IMG/VR virus record: IMGVR_UViG_3300033814_000040
Coordinates: 1-55,961 of that record
Length of the DNA stretch: 55,961 nucleotides
Source: a virus
Taxonomy: Duplodnaviria > Caudoviricetes
Strand: one strand, 5' to 3'
How positions within the stretch are numbered: the stretch's first letter is position 1; each line of letters begins with the position of its first letter. Shown piece after piece: positions 8,808 to 17,679 of the stretch. The notes under the pieces were generated by a model. That model was not told where the DNA came from, made no database searches, and saw nothing but the letters and a program-made list of their open reading frames with translations. Made by a program: the position numbers and the translations under genes.

Positions 8808-8838
8808 CGTCGTCTCCTTTTCGTCTATTCTTGAGTAT

Positions 8839-8867
8839 ATGGTACGTACATTATATATGGCCGTCAA
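8839..8867 (-). promoter_or_regulatory. sigma70-type promoter of the divergent mini-operon
   Basis: Minus strand TTGACG-N17-TACCAT with AT-rich upstream sequence; GTACGTAC palindrome at 8842-8849 overlaps the -10 and spacer. Confidence 0.65.
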
Positions 8868-9025
8868 GGGAAATAGGGCAGAAAAAGCGTTTATTTTCAC
8901 TATTTTATTGCCCCAAGTTAACGCCTAGTTGGGTGGATTGTGGCGGCCCAAACCTACCCCGTGGCGGTCATTTTCAAGATTCTGGCAGCAGAAAGATCGC
9001 AATGTAGCCGAGGAAGGTGGTTTGC

Positions 9026-9529
9026 ATGCCATTGTGTGGCGAAAAACAACTTGAGGAACGGGAACACCGCAAGCAGATGTTCCTCGAGGTCTACCAGAAA
9101 AAGGGCGGGATCATCTATCTGGCCTGCGAAGCGGCCAATATCGGGCGCACGACGTATTTCGAATGGATGAAAAAGGATTCGCAGTTCGCAGCATCGGTCA
9201 GGGAACTCGACGATTACCTGCTCGACTTCACCGAGTCGAAGCTCATGGCGAAGATCCAGTCCGGGAACCTGACCGCCATGATTTTCTACCTCAAATGCAA
9301 GGGGAAGAAGCGCGGCTGGGTCGAGCGCCAGGAGGTAACCGGGGCAGACGGAATCCCGATGAACCCCGGGGTCTCCGCCGAAGAGGAGAACCGTTTAAGG
9401 AGCCTATCGGTTGACGATCTCAAACGCATTCGCGACATCATCCGGAATGGAAACGGAGACGCCGCAGGCCCCGCCGCTGGACCTGATCGAGAAGCTGATC
9501 GCGGAGAAGAGCCTCCACGAGTTCATTAA
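9026..9529 (+). CDS. terS: terminase small subunit
   Basis: HTH ACEAANIGRTTYFEW..D..F and AMIFYLKCKGKKRGWVERQEVTG; immediately upstream of TerL. Confidence 0.8.
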   Translation: MPLCGEKQLEEREHRKQMFLEVYQKKGGIIYLACEAANIGRTTYFEWMKKDSQFAASVRELDDYLLDFTESKLMAKIQSGNLTAMIFYLKCKGKKRGWVERQEVTGADGIPMNPGVSAEEENRLRSLSVDDLKRIRDIIRNGNGDAAGPAAGPDREADRGEEPPRVH

Positions 9530-10874
9530 GCAGGCGTGGCACATCATCGAGCCGCTGGCGCCGTTCGTCCCGGGCTGGCACATCGAATCCCTCTGCGAGC
9601 ATCTCGAAGCGGTAAGCGCGGGGCAGATAACCAGGCTCATCGTAAACGAACCGCCGCGGACCATGAAGTCCGGGCTGATCTCCGTGTTCTGGCCGACGTG
9701 GGAATGGGCAACACGACCCACAACCCGGTGGATGTTCTCGTCTTACTCCATGGGGCTGTCGGTGCGCGATTCGCTCCGCTGCCGGCGCATCATCGAGAGC
9801 TCCTGGTATCAGGCCCGGTGGGGGCGCGTGTACCAGCTGACGGGCGACCAGAACGTGAAGAGCCGGTACGAGAACGACAAGGCCGGGTATCGACTTGCAA
9901 CATCCGTTGGGGGGTCAGTCGTCGGAGAGGGCGCCGATATCCTTGTCGCAGACGATCCGAACAACCTCGATGAGATCCATTCGGACCCGGTACGAGACGG
10001 AGTGAATCGCTGGCTCGACGAGGTATGGAGCACCCGCATGAACGACCCGAAGACGGGCCGGCAGGTCGTGGTCCAGCAGCGCGGCCACGAGCGGGATGCC
10101 ACGGGACACCTACTATCCCAGGACGTAAAGTGGGAACACATCTGCCTCCCGATGGAGTTCGACGGGATGCGGCGATCAACATCCCTGGGCCCGTACGATC
10201 CTCGGAAGGAATCGGGCGAGCTCCTCTGGCCGGAACGATTCGACGCGACGGTGCTGAAAGATCTGAAAACTCGCCTCGGTTCCTATGGCGCCGCTGGGCA
10301 GCTGCAGCAGGCGCCGTCGCCGGCAGGGGGAGGGATCTTCAAGCGGGAGCACTGGCGGTACTACAAGCAGCGTCCGGCGAAGTTCGACGAGATCATCCTC
10401 TCCTGGGACATGGCCTTCAAGGGGCTGAAAGATTCCGACTTCGTGGCTGGTGGCGCGTGGGGACGGATCGGCGCGGACAAGTACCTGATCGACCGCGTGA
10501 AGGACCAGATGGGATTCGCCGCCTCGCTTCAGGCTGTACGGCAGATGAAGGCAAGATGGCCAGGCGCCGTGGCCGTGCTCGTCGAGGACAAGGCCAACGG
10601 GCCGGCCATCATCGAAACGCTGACCAAGGAGATCCCCGGGGTGATCGCGGTCGACCCGGAAGGCGGCAAGGTCGCCCGGGCATACGCCATCCAGCCGGAG
10701 CAGGAGGCGGGAAATATCCACCTTCCGGACCCGACGATCGCGCCATGGGTCGGGGAGTTCGTCGAGGAATGCTCGTCGTTCCCGCGCGGGGCCAACGATG
10801 ACGAGGTGGACCAAATGACCCAGGCCATCAACTATCTCCGGAACCGGGCAATGCCCGGCTTCGCTTTCGCGTAA
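9447..10874 (+). CDS. terL: terminase large subunit
   Basis: Walker A-like PPRTMKS, Walker B ILVADDP, nuclease SWDMA...EDKANG...FPRGANDDEVD. Confidence 0.95.
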   Translation: METETPQAPPLDLIEKLIAEKSLHEFIKQAWHIIEPLAPFVPGWHIESLCEHLEAVSAGQITRLIVNEPPRTMKSGLISVFWPTWEWATRPTTRWMFSSYSMGLSVRDSLRCRRIIESSWYQARWGRVYQLTGDQNVKSRYENDKAGYRLATSVGGSVVGEGADILVADDPNNLDEIHSDPVRDGVNRWLDEVWSTRMNDPKTGRQVVVQQRGHERDATGHLLSQDVKWEHICLPMEFDGMRRSTSLGPYDPRKESGELLWPERFDATVLKDLKTRLGSYGAAGQLQQAPSPAGGGIFKREHWRYYKQRPAKFDEIILSWDMAFKGLKDSDFVAGGAWGRIGADKYLIDRVKDQMGFAASLQAVRQMKARWPGAVAVLVEDKANGPAIIETLTKEIPGVIAVDPEGGKVARAYAIQPEQEAGNIHLPDPTIAPWVGEFVEECSSFPRGANDDEVDQMTQAINYLRNRAMPGFAFA

Positions 10875-10888
10875 GAGACGGAGGAGGC

Positions 10889-13081
10889 ATGCCGACAGAA
10901 GACATGGGCCTGTTCGCCGGGCTGGAGGCGGGACTCCTGGAAAAGGCGGCTGCGCAAGCCTCGGCGCCGGCCAACCTCGTCTCTGCTGTCATGTCCGCCC
11001 TGCAGTTCGGGTCGGGTGGCGGGCAATCGTACGCGCAGCTCGTGGATGCCTACAAAGGCTGGGTTTATACAAGCGTCGATAAGATCGCCAAGACGATCGC
11101 GACCCGGCCGCTGCGACTCTACACGCTCCGAAAGAAAAATGGGCAGAAGCTGCTCGATCCGAGCGGGGTGCTCGTTCAATTCAAGCAGATCGGAGTAGCG
11201 TCCGAACGCACGTACGCCTTGAAAAATATGGGGCTGGAGAAGCGGGAGGTCCTCGAACACCCATTCCTCGATCTCATCCATCGGCCCAATGGCATTATGT
11301 CCCGGATGATTCTGTGGTATGAGACGATGATCCGGATGGAGCTCGGGGGATTCTGCGGCTGGTACCTGCCGTCCAACGGGCTCGGGCTGCCAGGCGAGAT
11401 CTGGCCGCTTCCGCTTACCAAGGGCGCGACGCTGAAACCCCGCGTCTCAGGCAGCATGCAGATCGAGGAGTGGATCTACCAGGACGGCTCGGTCCGCAAA
11501 TCATTCAAGCCCCAGGAAATCCTCCCACTGAAATACCCGAATCCTTCCTCCCCTTGGGAAGGCTTCTCCCCCCTCATGGCGCAGCAGCATCCCTACGACA
11601 TCGACCTGTTCCTCATGCAGCAGCAGCGTGCGCTACTCAAGAACATGGGGATCCCGGGGGTCCACCTTCACACGGATCAACCTCTCACCAAGGAGCGCCT
11701 GACAGAGATTCTCGAACAGATCCGGGAGCAGTGGGGCGATGCTACGCGGTCCGGTCGTCCGATGGTAACTCACTCGGGATTGGCCGCAGAAAAAACCGGC
11801 TGGTCGAACAGGGAAATGCGCATCGGCGAGATCGCCAAGTACTCCCGCGAGAAGACGATCACGTCCTATGACCTCTCCGAGGCGAAGCTGGGACTGGAGG
11901 TTCCTTCCAACCGGGCGAACATGGAGGTCCTGGACGAGACCTTCGAGAAGGAGTGCATCGGGCCGAAGTGCACGCTCCTCGAGGAGCAGATCAACACGTT
12001 CTTCCTGCCGCGGTACGACCAGGGAATCTTCGCGGAGTTCGATCAGCCCGACATCGGAGACAGGGATTTCAATCTGCGCGAGACGGAGATGGAGCTGAGG
12101 AACTTCGTCACCGTTGTAAACGACGTGCGGGCCAGGAAGGGCTTGCCGCCAGTGCCGTGGGGCAGTAAGCCGTGGATTCCGCTCGGGGTATCCCAGGAGG
12201 GAAGCGAATCGGCGCCTCCGCCACCCCCGAAAGGGAATGGTGTCGAAACGCAAGAGGAAAAGGCGTCCCGCACCGACCGGCGCAACCGCCGCTGGCAGCT
12301 CTTCATCTCCCGGACCGCTCCCTGGGAGCGGTTGATGACCGGTCAGATGCAGGGGTACTTCAAGCACCAGGGCGAGGAGGTCATCGCGCGTTTGCACCGG
12401 CTGGGCCACCAGGTCGAGGCGCAGTACGCCGGCTGGTCGAGGAAGGCTGTCCAGAAGCACATCGCAGAAAAAGGCGTGGGCGACAATATCAACATCGACA
12501 AGAAGGCGGAGGCCGCACGGCTGAAATTACTGTTCACTCCGCCCGTTACGACGATGGTGGGGAATGGCGGCGCCCGCGTGTTGCGGGAACTCGGTGCGGC
12601 CGTCGTCTTCAACGTCAACGACCCGAAGGTGAAAAAATGGATCGGGACGAGGATGGATATGTTCTCCGAGGCCGTCGCCGGCACGACGTTCGACGACATC
12701 AAGGTCATCCTGCGCCAAGGGTTCTCCGAGGGAAAGCCGCTCTCCGCGATCGCGGACACGCTGCGGGAGAAGTTCGACTCCTACGACAAGTACCGCGCTC
12801 CGCTTATCTCCCGCACGGAGGTAATGGCAGGGAACAATATGGCGGACATTCTGGCGATCCGGCAGGCGGGGATTGAGGAGAAGGTCCTCAAAACTTGGAT
12901 CACCGCGGGTGATGAGAATGTCCGGCCGACGCACATGGATGCCGGCGCCAGGTACGAAGAAGGGATCCCGATCGGCGAAATGTTCCAGGTCGGAGACGAC
13001 GAGATGGATGCCCCCGGGAACGGAAGCGATCCGGCCGAGACGATCAACTGCCGCTGTGCCATGGGATACGAGAAAGCATAA
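10889..13081 (+). CDS. portal protein fused to a MuF/SPP1 gp7-like head morphogenesis domain
   Basis: HK97-type portal (VYTSVDKIA, EIWPL, GFSPL, NDVRARKGLPP), Pro-rich linker, then RAPLISRTE...KTWITAGDENVRPTH...INCRC. Confidence 0.9.
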   Translation: MPTEDMGLFAGLEAGLLEKAAAQASAPANLVSAVMSALQFGSGGGQSYAQLVDAYKGWVYTSVDKIAKTIATRPLRLYTLRKKNGQKLLDPSGVLVQFKQIGVASERTYALKNMGLEKREVLEHPFLDLIHRPNGIMSRMILWYETMIRMELGGFCGWYLPSNGLGLPGEIWPLPLTKGATLKPRVSGSMQIEEWIYQDGSVRKSFKPQEILPLKYPNPSSPWEGFSPLMAQQHPYDIDLFLMQQQRALLKNMGIPGVHLHTDQPLTKERLTEILEQIREQWGDATRSGRPMVTHSGLAAEKTGWSNREMRIGEIAKYSREKTITSYDLSEAKLGLEVPSNRANMEVLDETFEKECIGPKCTLLEEQINTFFLPRYDQGIFAEFDQPDIGDRDFNLRETEMELRNFVTVVNDVRARKGLPPVPWGSKPWIPLGVSQEGSESAPPPPPKGNGVETQEEKASRTDRRNRRWQLFISRTAPWERLMTGQMQGYFKHQGEEVIARLHRLGHQVEAQYAGWSRKAVQKHIAEKGVGDNINIDKKAEAARLKLLFTPPVTTMVGNGGARVLRELGAAVVFNVNDPKVKKWIGTRMDMFSEAVAGTTFDDIKVILRQGFSEGKPLSAIADTLREKFDSYDKYRAPLISRTEVMAGNNMADILAIRQAGIEEKVLKTWITAGDENVRPTHMDAGARYEEGIPIGEMFQVGDDEMDAPGNGSDPAETINCRCAMGYEKA

Positions 13082-13102
13082 CCCGAGAAAAAGGAGCCTG
13101 CC

Positions 13103-14335
13103 ATGCCGATCGAGTACAAAATTTACCAGGCCGAGGTAAAGGCGTTCGACGACGAGAACCTGATCGTCGAGCACTTCATCTCCACGGAGCACAAGGACCG
13201 CGGCGGCGACATCATGCGCGCCAAGGGAATGAAGATCGTGGGAAAGCCCGTCGTGCTCTTGCTGCATGGCCGCGGTCCGATGGGAGGTGAGCCGGTCGCC
13301 AAGCCGCTATCGATCGGCGTGGGCGAGTTTAAGGGGCAGCCGGGTGTCCTCGCCAAGACGCAATTCTTCCCGGACGACGTGGGGAGGCGACTCTACGCGA
13401 AGACGAAGGGCGGCTTCTTTCCGAGCTGGTCCATCGGCTACATGGTGGACGAGGCGAAGGACCTGTTGCGGGAAGGAAAATATGACGGGCGCGATGTCAC
13501 GAAGTGGACGCTCTTGGAGTACAGCCTAGCAGGCGTGCCGATGAATCCGTTCGCGCAGACGATCAAGGAGTTTCTGGATCAGACGGAGGCTGATGCCGAC
13601 TACCTCGGAGGCAAGGTCGCCGAAGGTCGCGGCTGGTTCGGCTTCGTTGACGTGAAGGAATGCAAGGAATGCGGGCAGGGGTGCGAGAAGCACGTCGATC
13701 CTCCATCCGAGGAGAAACCCTTTGCCAACGAGCACGCCTGCCGCGTGAAAGACCCGGACCAGTTCCCGAAGAAGCGACGGGAGAACAATAAGTTCGGCGA
13801 CGGGATCCACGCGATATGGGGCATCAAGGATGACAAGGCGCACCTCCAAGCGATCCGCTTCTCCACCGACAAGTTCACCGCGGACGCTGCCAAGAAGTGG
13901 GCGAAGGACCACGACCATACGTGCATCCTGTTCGAGCCGGCGACAGGCAAGGAGGAGCAGTACCCCGATGCCGAGCCGGAACTGCTGGCGAAAATCGCCG
14001 AAGAAGAGAAGCACCTCACGATCGAGATAAGGGTCACAGGCCTCGAAGAGGCGATCGCCAGCATGAATGAGGCGATCAAGACGATGACGGAAACCTACAT
14101 GAAACTGGAACCGCTCTTGAAAGCCCTCCCGCCCGAACCGGATGGCGGGGAAAAGGGTGACGAGGAGCATCACGACAACCCGCCGGAGAAGAAAACGCCG
14201 CCCCGCCTCGTGATCGTGCGCGAAGAGGACACGCCGGAAGCGAAACAGAAGGCGCAGATCCTCGCGGCAATGAGGGAGGTGTACGTCGAAGTCGTTAAGC
14301 AAGAGATCGACCGTATGAAGGGCCGCGTGCCCTAA
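13103..14335 (+). CDS. HK97-type prohead protease with C-terminal extension
   Basis: DRGGD, PVVLLLH, SWSIGY, LLEYSLAGVPMNP. Confidence 0.85.
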   Translation: MPIEYKIYQAEVKAFDDENLIVEHFISTEHKDRGGDIMRAKGMKIVGKPVVLLLHGRGPMGGEPVAKPLSIGVGEFKGQPGVLAKTQFFPDDVGRRLYAKTKGGFFPSWSIGYMVDEAKDLLREGKYDGRDVTKWTLLEYSLAGVPMNPFAQTIKEFLDQTEADADYLGGKVAEGRGWFGFVDVKECKECGQGCEKHVDPPSEEKPFANEHACRVKDPDQFPKKRRENNKFGDGIHAIWGIKDDKAHLQAIRFSTDKFTADAAKKWAKDHDHTCILFEPATGKEEQYPDAEPELLAKIAEEEKHLTIEIRVTGLEEAIASMNEAIKTMTETYMKLEPLLKALPPEPDGGEKGDEEHHDNPPEKKTPPRLVIVREEDTPEAKQKAQILAAMREVYVEVVKQEIDRMKGRVP

Positions 14336-14363
14336 CACCCACTACAAACAGCCGAAGCGAATG

Positions 14364-14390
14364 AAGGCCCCTTGCGGGCCTTTTTTCGTT
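14364..14390 (+). terminator. terminator-like hairpin upstream of the capsid gene
   Basis: AAGGCCC-CTTGC-GGGCCTT followed by a T run. Confidence 0.65.
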
Positions 14391-14412
14391 TCAGGACACG
14401 GAGGAAAAGGAA

Positions 14413-15732
14413 ATGACGGCACCCAATCAGGAAATGACAGTGAAATTCGAAGACCTGAAGGGCATCTTCGCCGAGATGCTCAAGACGACTCCGATTCCGG
14501 AGTTGCAGGCGATCAAGGAGGAGATGGCCAGGATCAACAAGCAGTCGCTGTTCCCCACAGGCGACGGGGACATCTTCGAGACCTGCGGGAAGAGCATCGT
14601 CGACCTGGGCTACTACCAGAAGCAGGCGGAGAAGAACACCCAGCGGTTCGTCGACGGCGGCGGGCTGGCGGCCAGGCTCCGCAGCGGGGGCGGGCCGTGG
14701 CTTTCCCTCTCCCCGCTGATGCAGAAGTTCGCCAAGATCGTCGCGACCGGCGGGGACCTCCAGAAGGCGATGGCCCTCGGGATCAACGTCTCCGAATACA
14801 ACGCGGAGGCCCGCGAGCAGTACAAGTCCGTCTTCGGAGAGAAGGCGACGGACTTCCTGTCCACAACCGATGTCGGGCCGCTCGTCCCGACCGAGTTCCT
14901 GGCAACCGTCGTGGAGTTCGCGACCTCGCAGAGCCAGGTCCTCGGGAAACTCTGGCGAGTCCCGATGTCCAGCTTGCTGCTCAAGATCCCGAAGCTGGTC
15001 CAGGCGGCGGGATCGTACTTCGGCGGCGTGCTCCTGTACCACCCCGGCGAGGGCCTGGAGAAAACCCTCACCAAGCCGGAGTTCGACAGTCTGACCTTCA
15101 CGGCGAAGAAGCTCATCGGCCTCGTCGCGTTCTCGGACGAGCTGATCGGCGACTCCGCGATCAACATCATGAACTACACCACGGGGCTCTTCGTCCGGGC
15201 GTTCCAGTACAAGACGGAGGGGGAAGTCCTCTCCGGGACCGGAGCGAACGACCAGATGACCGGGATCCTGACCGACCCGAACATCAACGAGGTCAAGCGG
15301 ACGAACACCGGGGTCGTGAAGTTCTACGACCTCCTGAACCTCGAGTCGGCGCTCGACGAGAACTTCACCGCGCTGACCTTCCTCTCCCGGCGGGCGACGG
15401 TCAACTCGCTGCGGAAGCAGGTCGACGACAACAAGCAGCCCGTGTACCACGACGGGTTCACCACGTTCCTCGGCGCGGGCATGGGTCCGCAGCTCCTGGG
15501 CTACCCGGTCGTCAAGACCAGGAACGTCCCGGCGCTCGGCGTCCGCGGGGATCTCATCCTGGGCGACCTCTCCTTCTACATCTGGGCGATGCGGCAGGAG
15601 ATGACCATCGATACGTCGAGGGAATGGCGTTTCAACCTCGACCAGACCGCGATCCGGTTCGTGGTTCGGCAGGACGGGGCGCCCGGCGTGTCCGAGGCGT
15701 TCGCAGTCCTCGACGACGGCCTGGAGTCGTAG
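14413..15732 (+). CDS. major capsid protein (HK97 fold)
   Basis: GPLVPTEF, GEG...PEFDSLTFTAKKL, SDELIGDS, LLGYPVV, ILGDLS; GGAGG RBS. Confidence 0.95.
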   Translation: MTAPNQEMTVKFEDLKGIFAEMLKTTPIPELQAIKEEMARINKQSLFPTGDGDIFETCGKSIVDLGYYQKQAEKNTQRFVDGGGLAARLRSGGGPWLSLSPLMQKFAKIVATGGDLQKAMALGINVSEYNAEAREQYKSVFGEKATDFLSTTDVGPLVPTEFLATVVEFATSQSQVLGKLWRVPMSSLLLKIPKLVQAAGSYFGGVLLYHPGEGLEKTLTKPEFDSLTFTAKKLIGLVAFSDELIGDSAINIMNYTTGLFVRAFQYKTEGEVLSGTGANDQMTGILTDPNINEVKRTNTGVVKFYDLLNLESALDENFTALTFLSRRATVNSLRKQVDDNKQPVYHDGFTTFLGAGMGPQLLGYPVVKTRNVPALGVRGDLILGDLSFYIWAMRQEMTIDTSREWRFNLDQTAIRFVVRQDGAPGVSEAFAVLDDGLES

Positions 15733-15750
15733 GAGACATCATGATCGACG

Positions 15751-15787
15751 GCCCCCCGGGTTCTTTCCCGGCCCGGGGGGCGCTTTT
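15751..15787 (+). terminator. hairpin/attenuator after the capsid gene
   Basis: GCCCCCCGGG...CCCGGGGGGC followed by GCTTTT. Confidence 0.6.
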
Positions 15788-15800
15788 CAAGGAGGGCGAG

Positions 15801-16019
15801 ATGGGGAAGGTGAATGTGAAGGTCCTCGACCCGAATATCAAGGCGGTGTACGGGGAAACCATGCATGTCCTGGAAGAGGATGTCGCCAAGGGCGTCGCGT
15901 CCGGGAAGTGGGAAACGATCCCCGAGGTCAAGGAGATGGCTCCCGCGCACGGGAAGATCTATCAGACGAAGGACTTCCTCTCGTACCGGGACGTTTACGG
16001 GGAGGACAAGAAGAGGTGA
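15801..16019 (+). CDS. small post-capsid protein (putative head accessory), paralogous to the N-terminus of the next gene
   Basis: AAGGAGG RBS; 72 aa; ungapped similarity to residues 5-41 of the downstream glycosyltransferase. Confidence 0.75.
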   Translation: MGKVNVKVLDPNIKAVYGETMHVLEEDVAKGVASGKWETIPEVKEMAPAHGKIYQTKDFLSYRDVYGEDKKR

Positions 16020-17074
16020 TGGTCAGGATGGTGGCCGTCGAGAATATCGACGAGGCGCTGCGTCGCACTTACGGGACGAGGATGCGGATCTCCCGCGACA
16101 AGGCGCTCCTCGGAGAGCGCAAGGGGAAGTGGCGGATCATCGACCCCGCAGAACGCCCATCCACGAAGAGCGCGGCGGAAGTGAGGGTCGCGACCGGAGC
16201 GAAGGAGGCGAGGCGCGTCCGGAAGGCGAGGATCGCCTGGGTGCAGGATAACGCGATCGACTGGAAGGGTGGCGCGGAGTTCTCCGCCCGGCAGGTCATG
16301 GCGGTGGGCGAACAATGCGGGTTCCACATCGAGATGATGACGCCGGCAGGTTTCTCCTCGGACGTCCTTGCGAACGCGGACCTCGTCGTCCTGAACAACC
16401 TCTGGCACTTTTCGGGCGAGCAGATGCGGGCGATCCTGGCCGTCCTGTTCGAGCGACGGATACCGTACGTCAAATACGAGCACGACCACCGGGAGCTGAC
16501 CCGACCGGAGTTCTCCCGCCGGCTGTTCGAGCGCGCCGCGGCGAACGTGTTCCTCTCCCCCGCACACAGGGAGAACCATCGGGAGGCTCTCGGAGCAGCG
16601 GGGGAATGTATTCCGCTGGCGATCGACGTGGACGCCTACCGTCCCGTCCCGGGCGTGGAGCGAGCACTGGGGACCGCCCTGGTCTCCAACGTGCGGACGA
16701 TCAAGACGTGGGAACGGCTGAAAGCCTACGTCTCCGAACACCAGGAGATCCGGTTCACCGTGATCGCCACGAACGGCGTCATCCAGGGAAGGAACGTGAA
16801 GGTGATCCCCCCGGTCCTTCCGGAGAAGATGCCGGAACTCTATTCGGCGCATGAGTTCCTTGTCCACCTCCCGGACGCTTGGTGCGCCGGGGAGCGCATC
16901 GTGTTCGAGGCGGCACTTTGTGGATGCAAGATTGTCACGAACGAGCGGGTCGGACACGCCTCCTGGGGATGGGATCTGACCGATGCGGCCGCGTTGCGAG
17001 AGCGGCTTATTGACGCGCCCTACGAGTTCTGGCGGCTGATAGACGGGATCGTGTCGAAGAGGGCGGCGGCGTGA
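16019..17074 (+). CDS. GT-B (GT4-like) glycosyltransferase with extra N-terminal small domain
   Basis: GGAE, YEHD, VFLS, MPELYSAHEFLVHLP...GERIVFEAALCGCKIVTN. Confidence 0.85.
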   Translation: MVRMVAVENIDEALRRTYGTRMRISRDKALLGERKGKWRIIDPAERPSTKSAAEVRVATGAKEARRVRKARIAWVQDNAIDWKGGAEFSARQVMAVGEQCGFHIEMMTPAGFSSDVLANADLVVLNNLWHFSGEQMRAILAVLFERRIPYVKYEHDHRELTRPEFSRRLFERAAANVFLSPAHRENHREALGAAGECIPLAIDVDAYRPVPGVERALGTALVSNVRTIKTWERLKAYVSEHQEIRFTVIATNGVIQGRNVKVIPPVLPEKMPELYSAHEFLVHLPDAWCAGERIVFEAALCGCKIVTNERVGHASWGWDLTDAAALRERLIDAPYEFWRLIDGIVSKRAAA

Positions 17075-17679
17075 AGGAGTACTGGGACAAGAGGTACGCG
17101 GAACAGGGGCGAAAGACCGTCGGCCACGTTCAGTTCTCGCGGGAGGAGTTCCAGTCCCGCTCCGTCCAAATCGAGCTGCTCGCCGGGCCGATCTTCCTGC
17201 GCGCGTTCAAGAAGGGCGGGAGGATCCTCGACCTGGGATGTGGCTACGGGAGGCTGTCGAAGGTCCTCCTCCAGCTCGGGTACGAGGTGCACGGGCTCGA
17301 CGTTGCCGCATGGGCGATCGAGGAAGCGAAGAAGCATGCGCCGGGGGGCTTCTACCGGACGTACGACGGGATCACGATCCCCTATCCGCAAGGCGAGTTC
17401 GACGGGGTGCTCACCTGGACCGTTCTCCAGCATGTCCCGCCGGGGGAGATCCTGAAGGTCGCCCACGAGATCGTGCAGGTGCTCAAGCACGGGGGGGAGC
17501 TGTTCTGCCTGGAGAACACGACGGCGGGAGTTATGGACAAGGAGCACATCTGGTTCCGGAGGTACGAGGATTACCTGTCCCTCTTCCGCCTGCTCACTCC
17601 GACGATGAAGTCAGAGTACCCGGACCTGGACGGGACCGGGGAAGTGCACACGGCGATGGGGTTCGCGAAATGGTGCTGA
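17071..17679 (+). CDS. class I SAM-dependent methyltransferase
   Basis: YWDKRY, ILDLGCGYGR, GLDV, FDGVLTWTVLQHV, VLKHGG. Confidence 0.9.
   Translation: MKEYWDKRYAEQGRKTVGHVQFSREEFQSRSVQIELLAGPIFLRAFKKGGRILDLGCGYGRLSKVLLQLGYEVHGLDVAAWAIEEAKKHAPGGFYRTYDGITIPYPQGEFDGVLTWTVLQHVPPGEILKVAHEIVQVLKHGGELFCLENTTAGVMDKEHIWFRRYEDYLSLFRLLTPTMKSEYPDLDGTGEVHTAMGFAKWC

Noticed and set aside
14361-16019. 552-aa alternative-frame ORF over the capsid gene
   Set aside because: Arg/Gly-rich shadow of GC-rich codon usage; only the last 72 codons (from 15801, with RBS) are credible.
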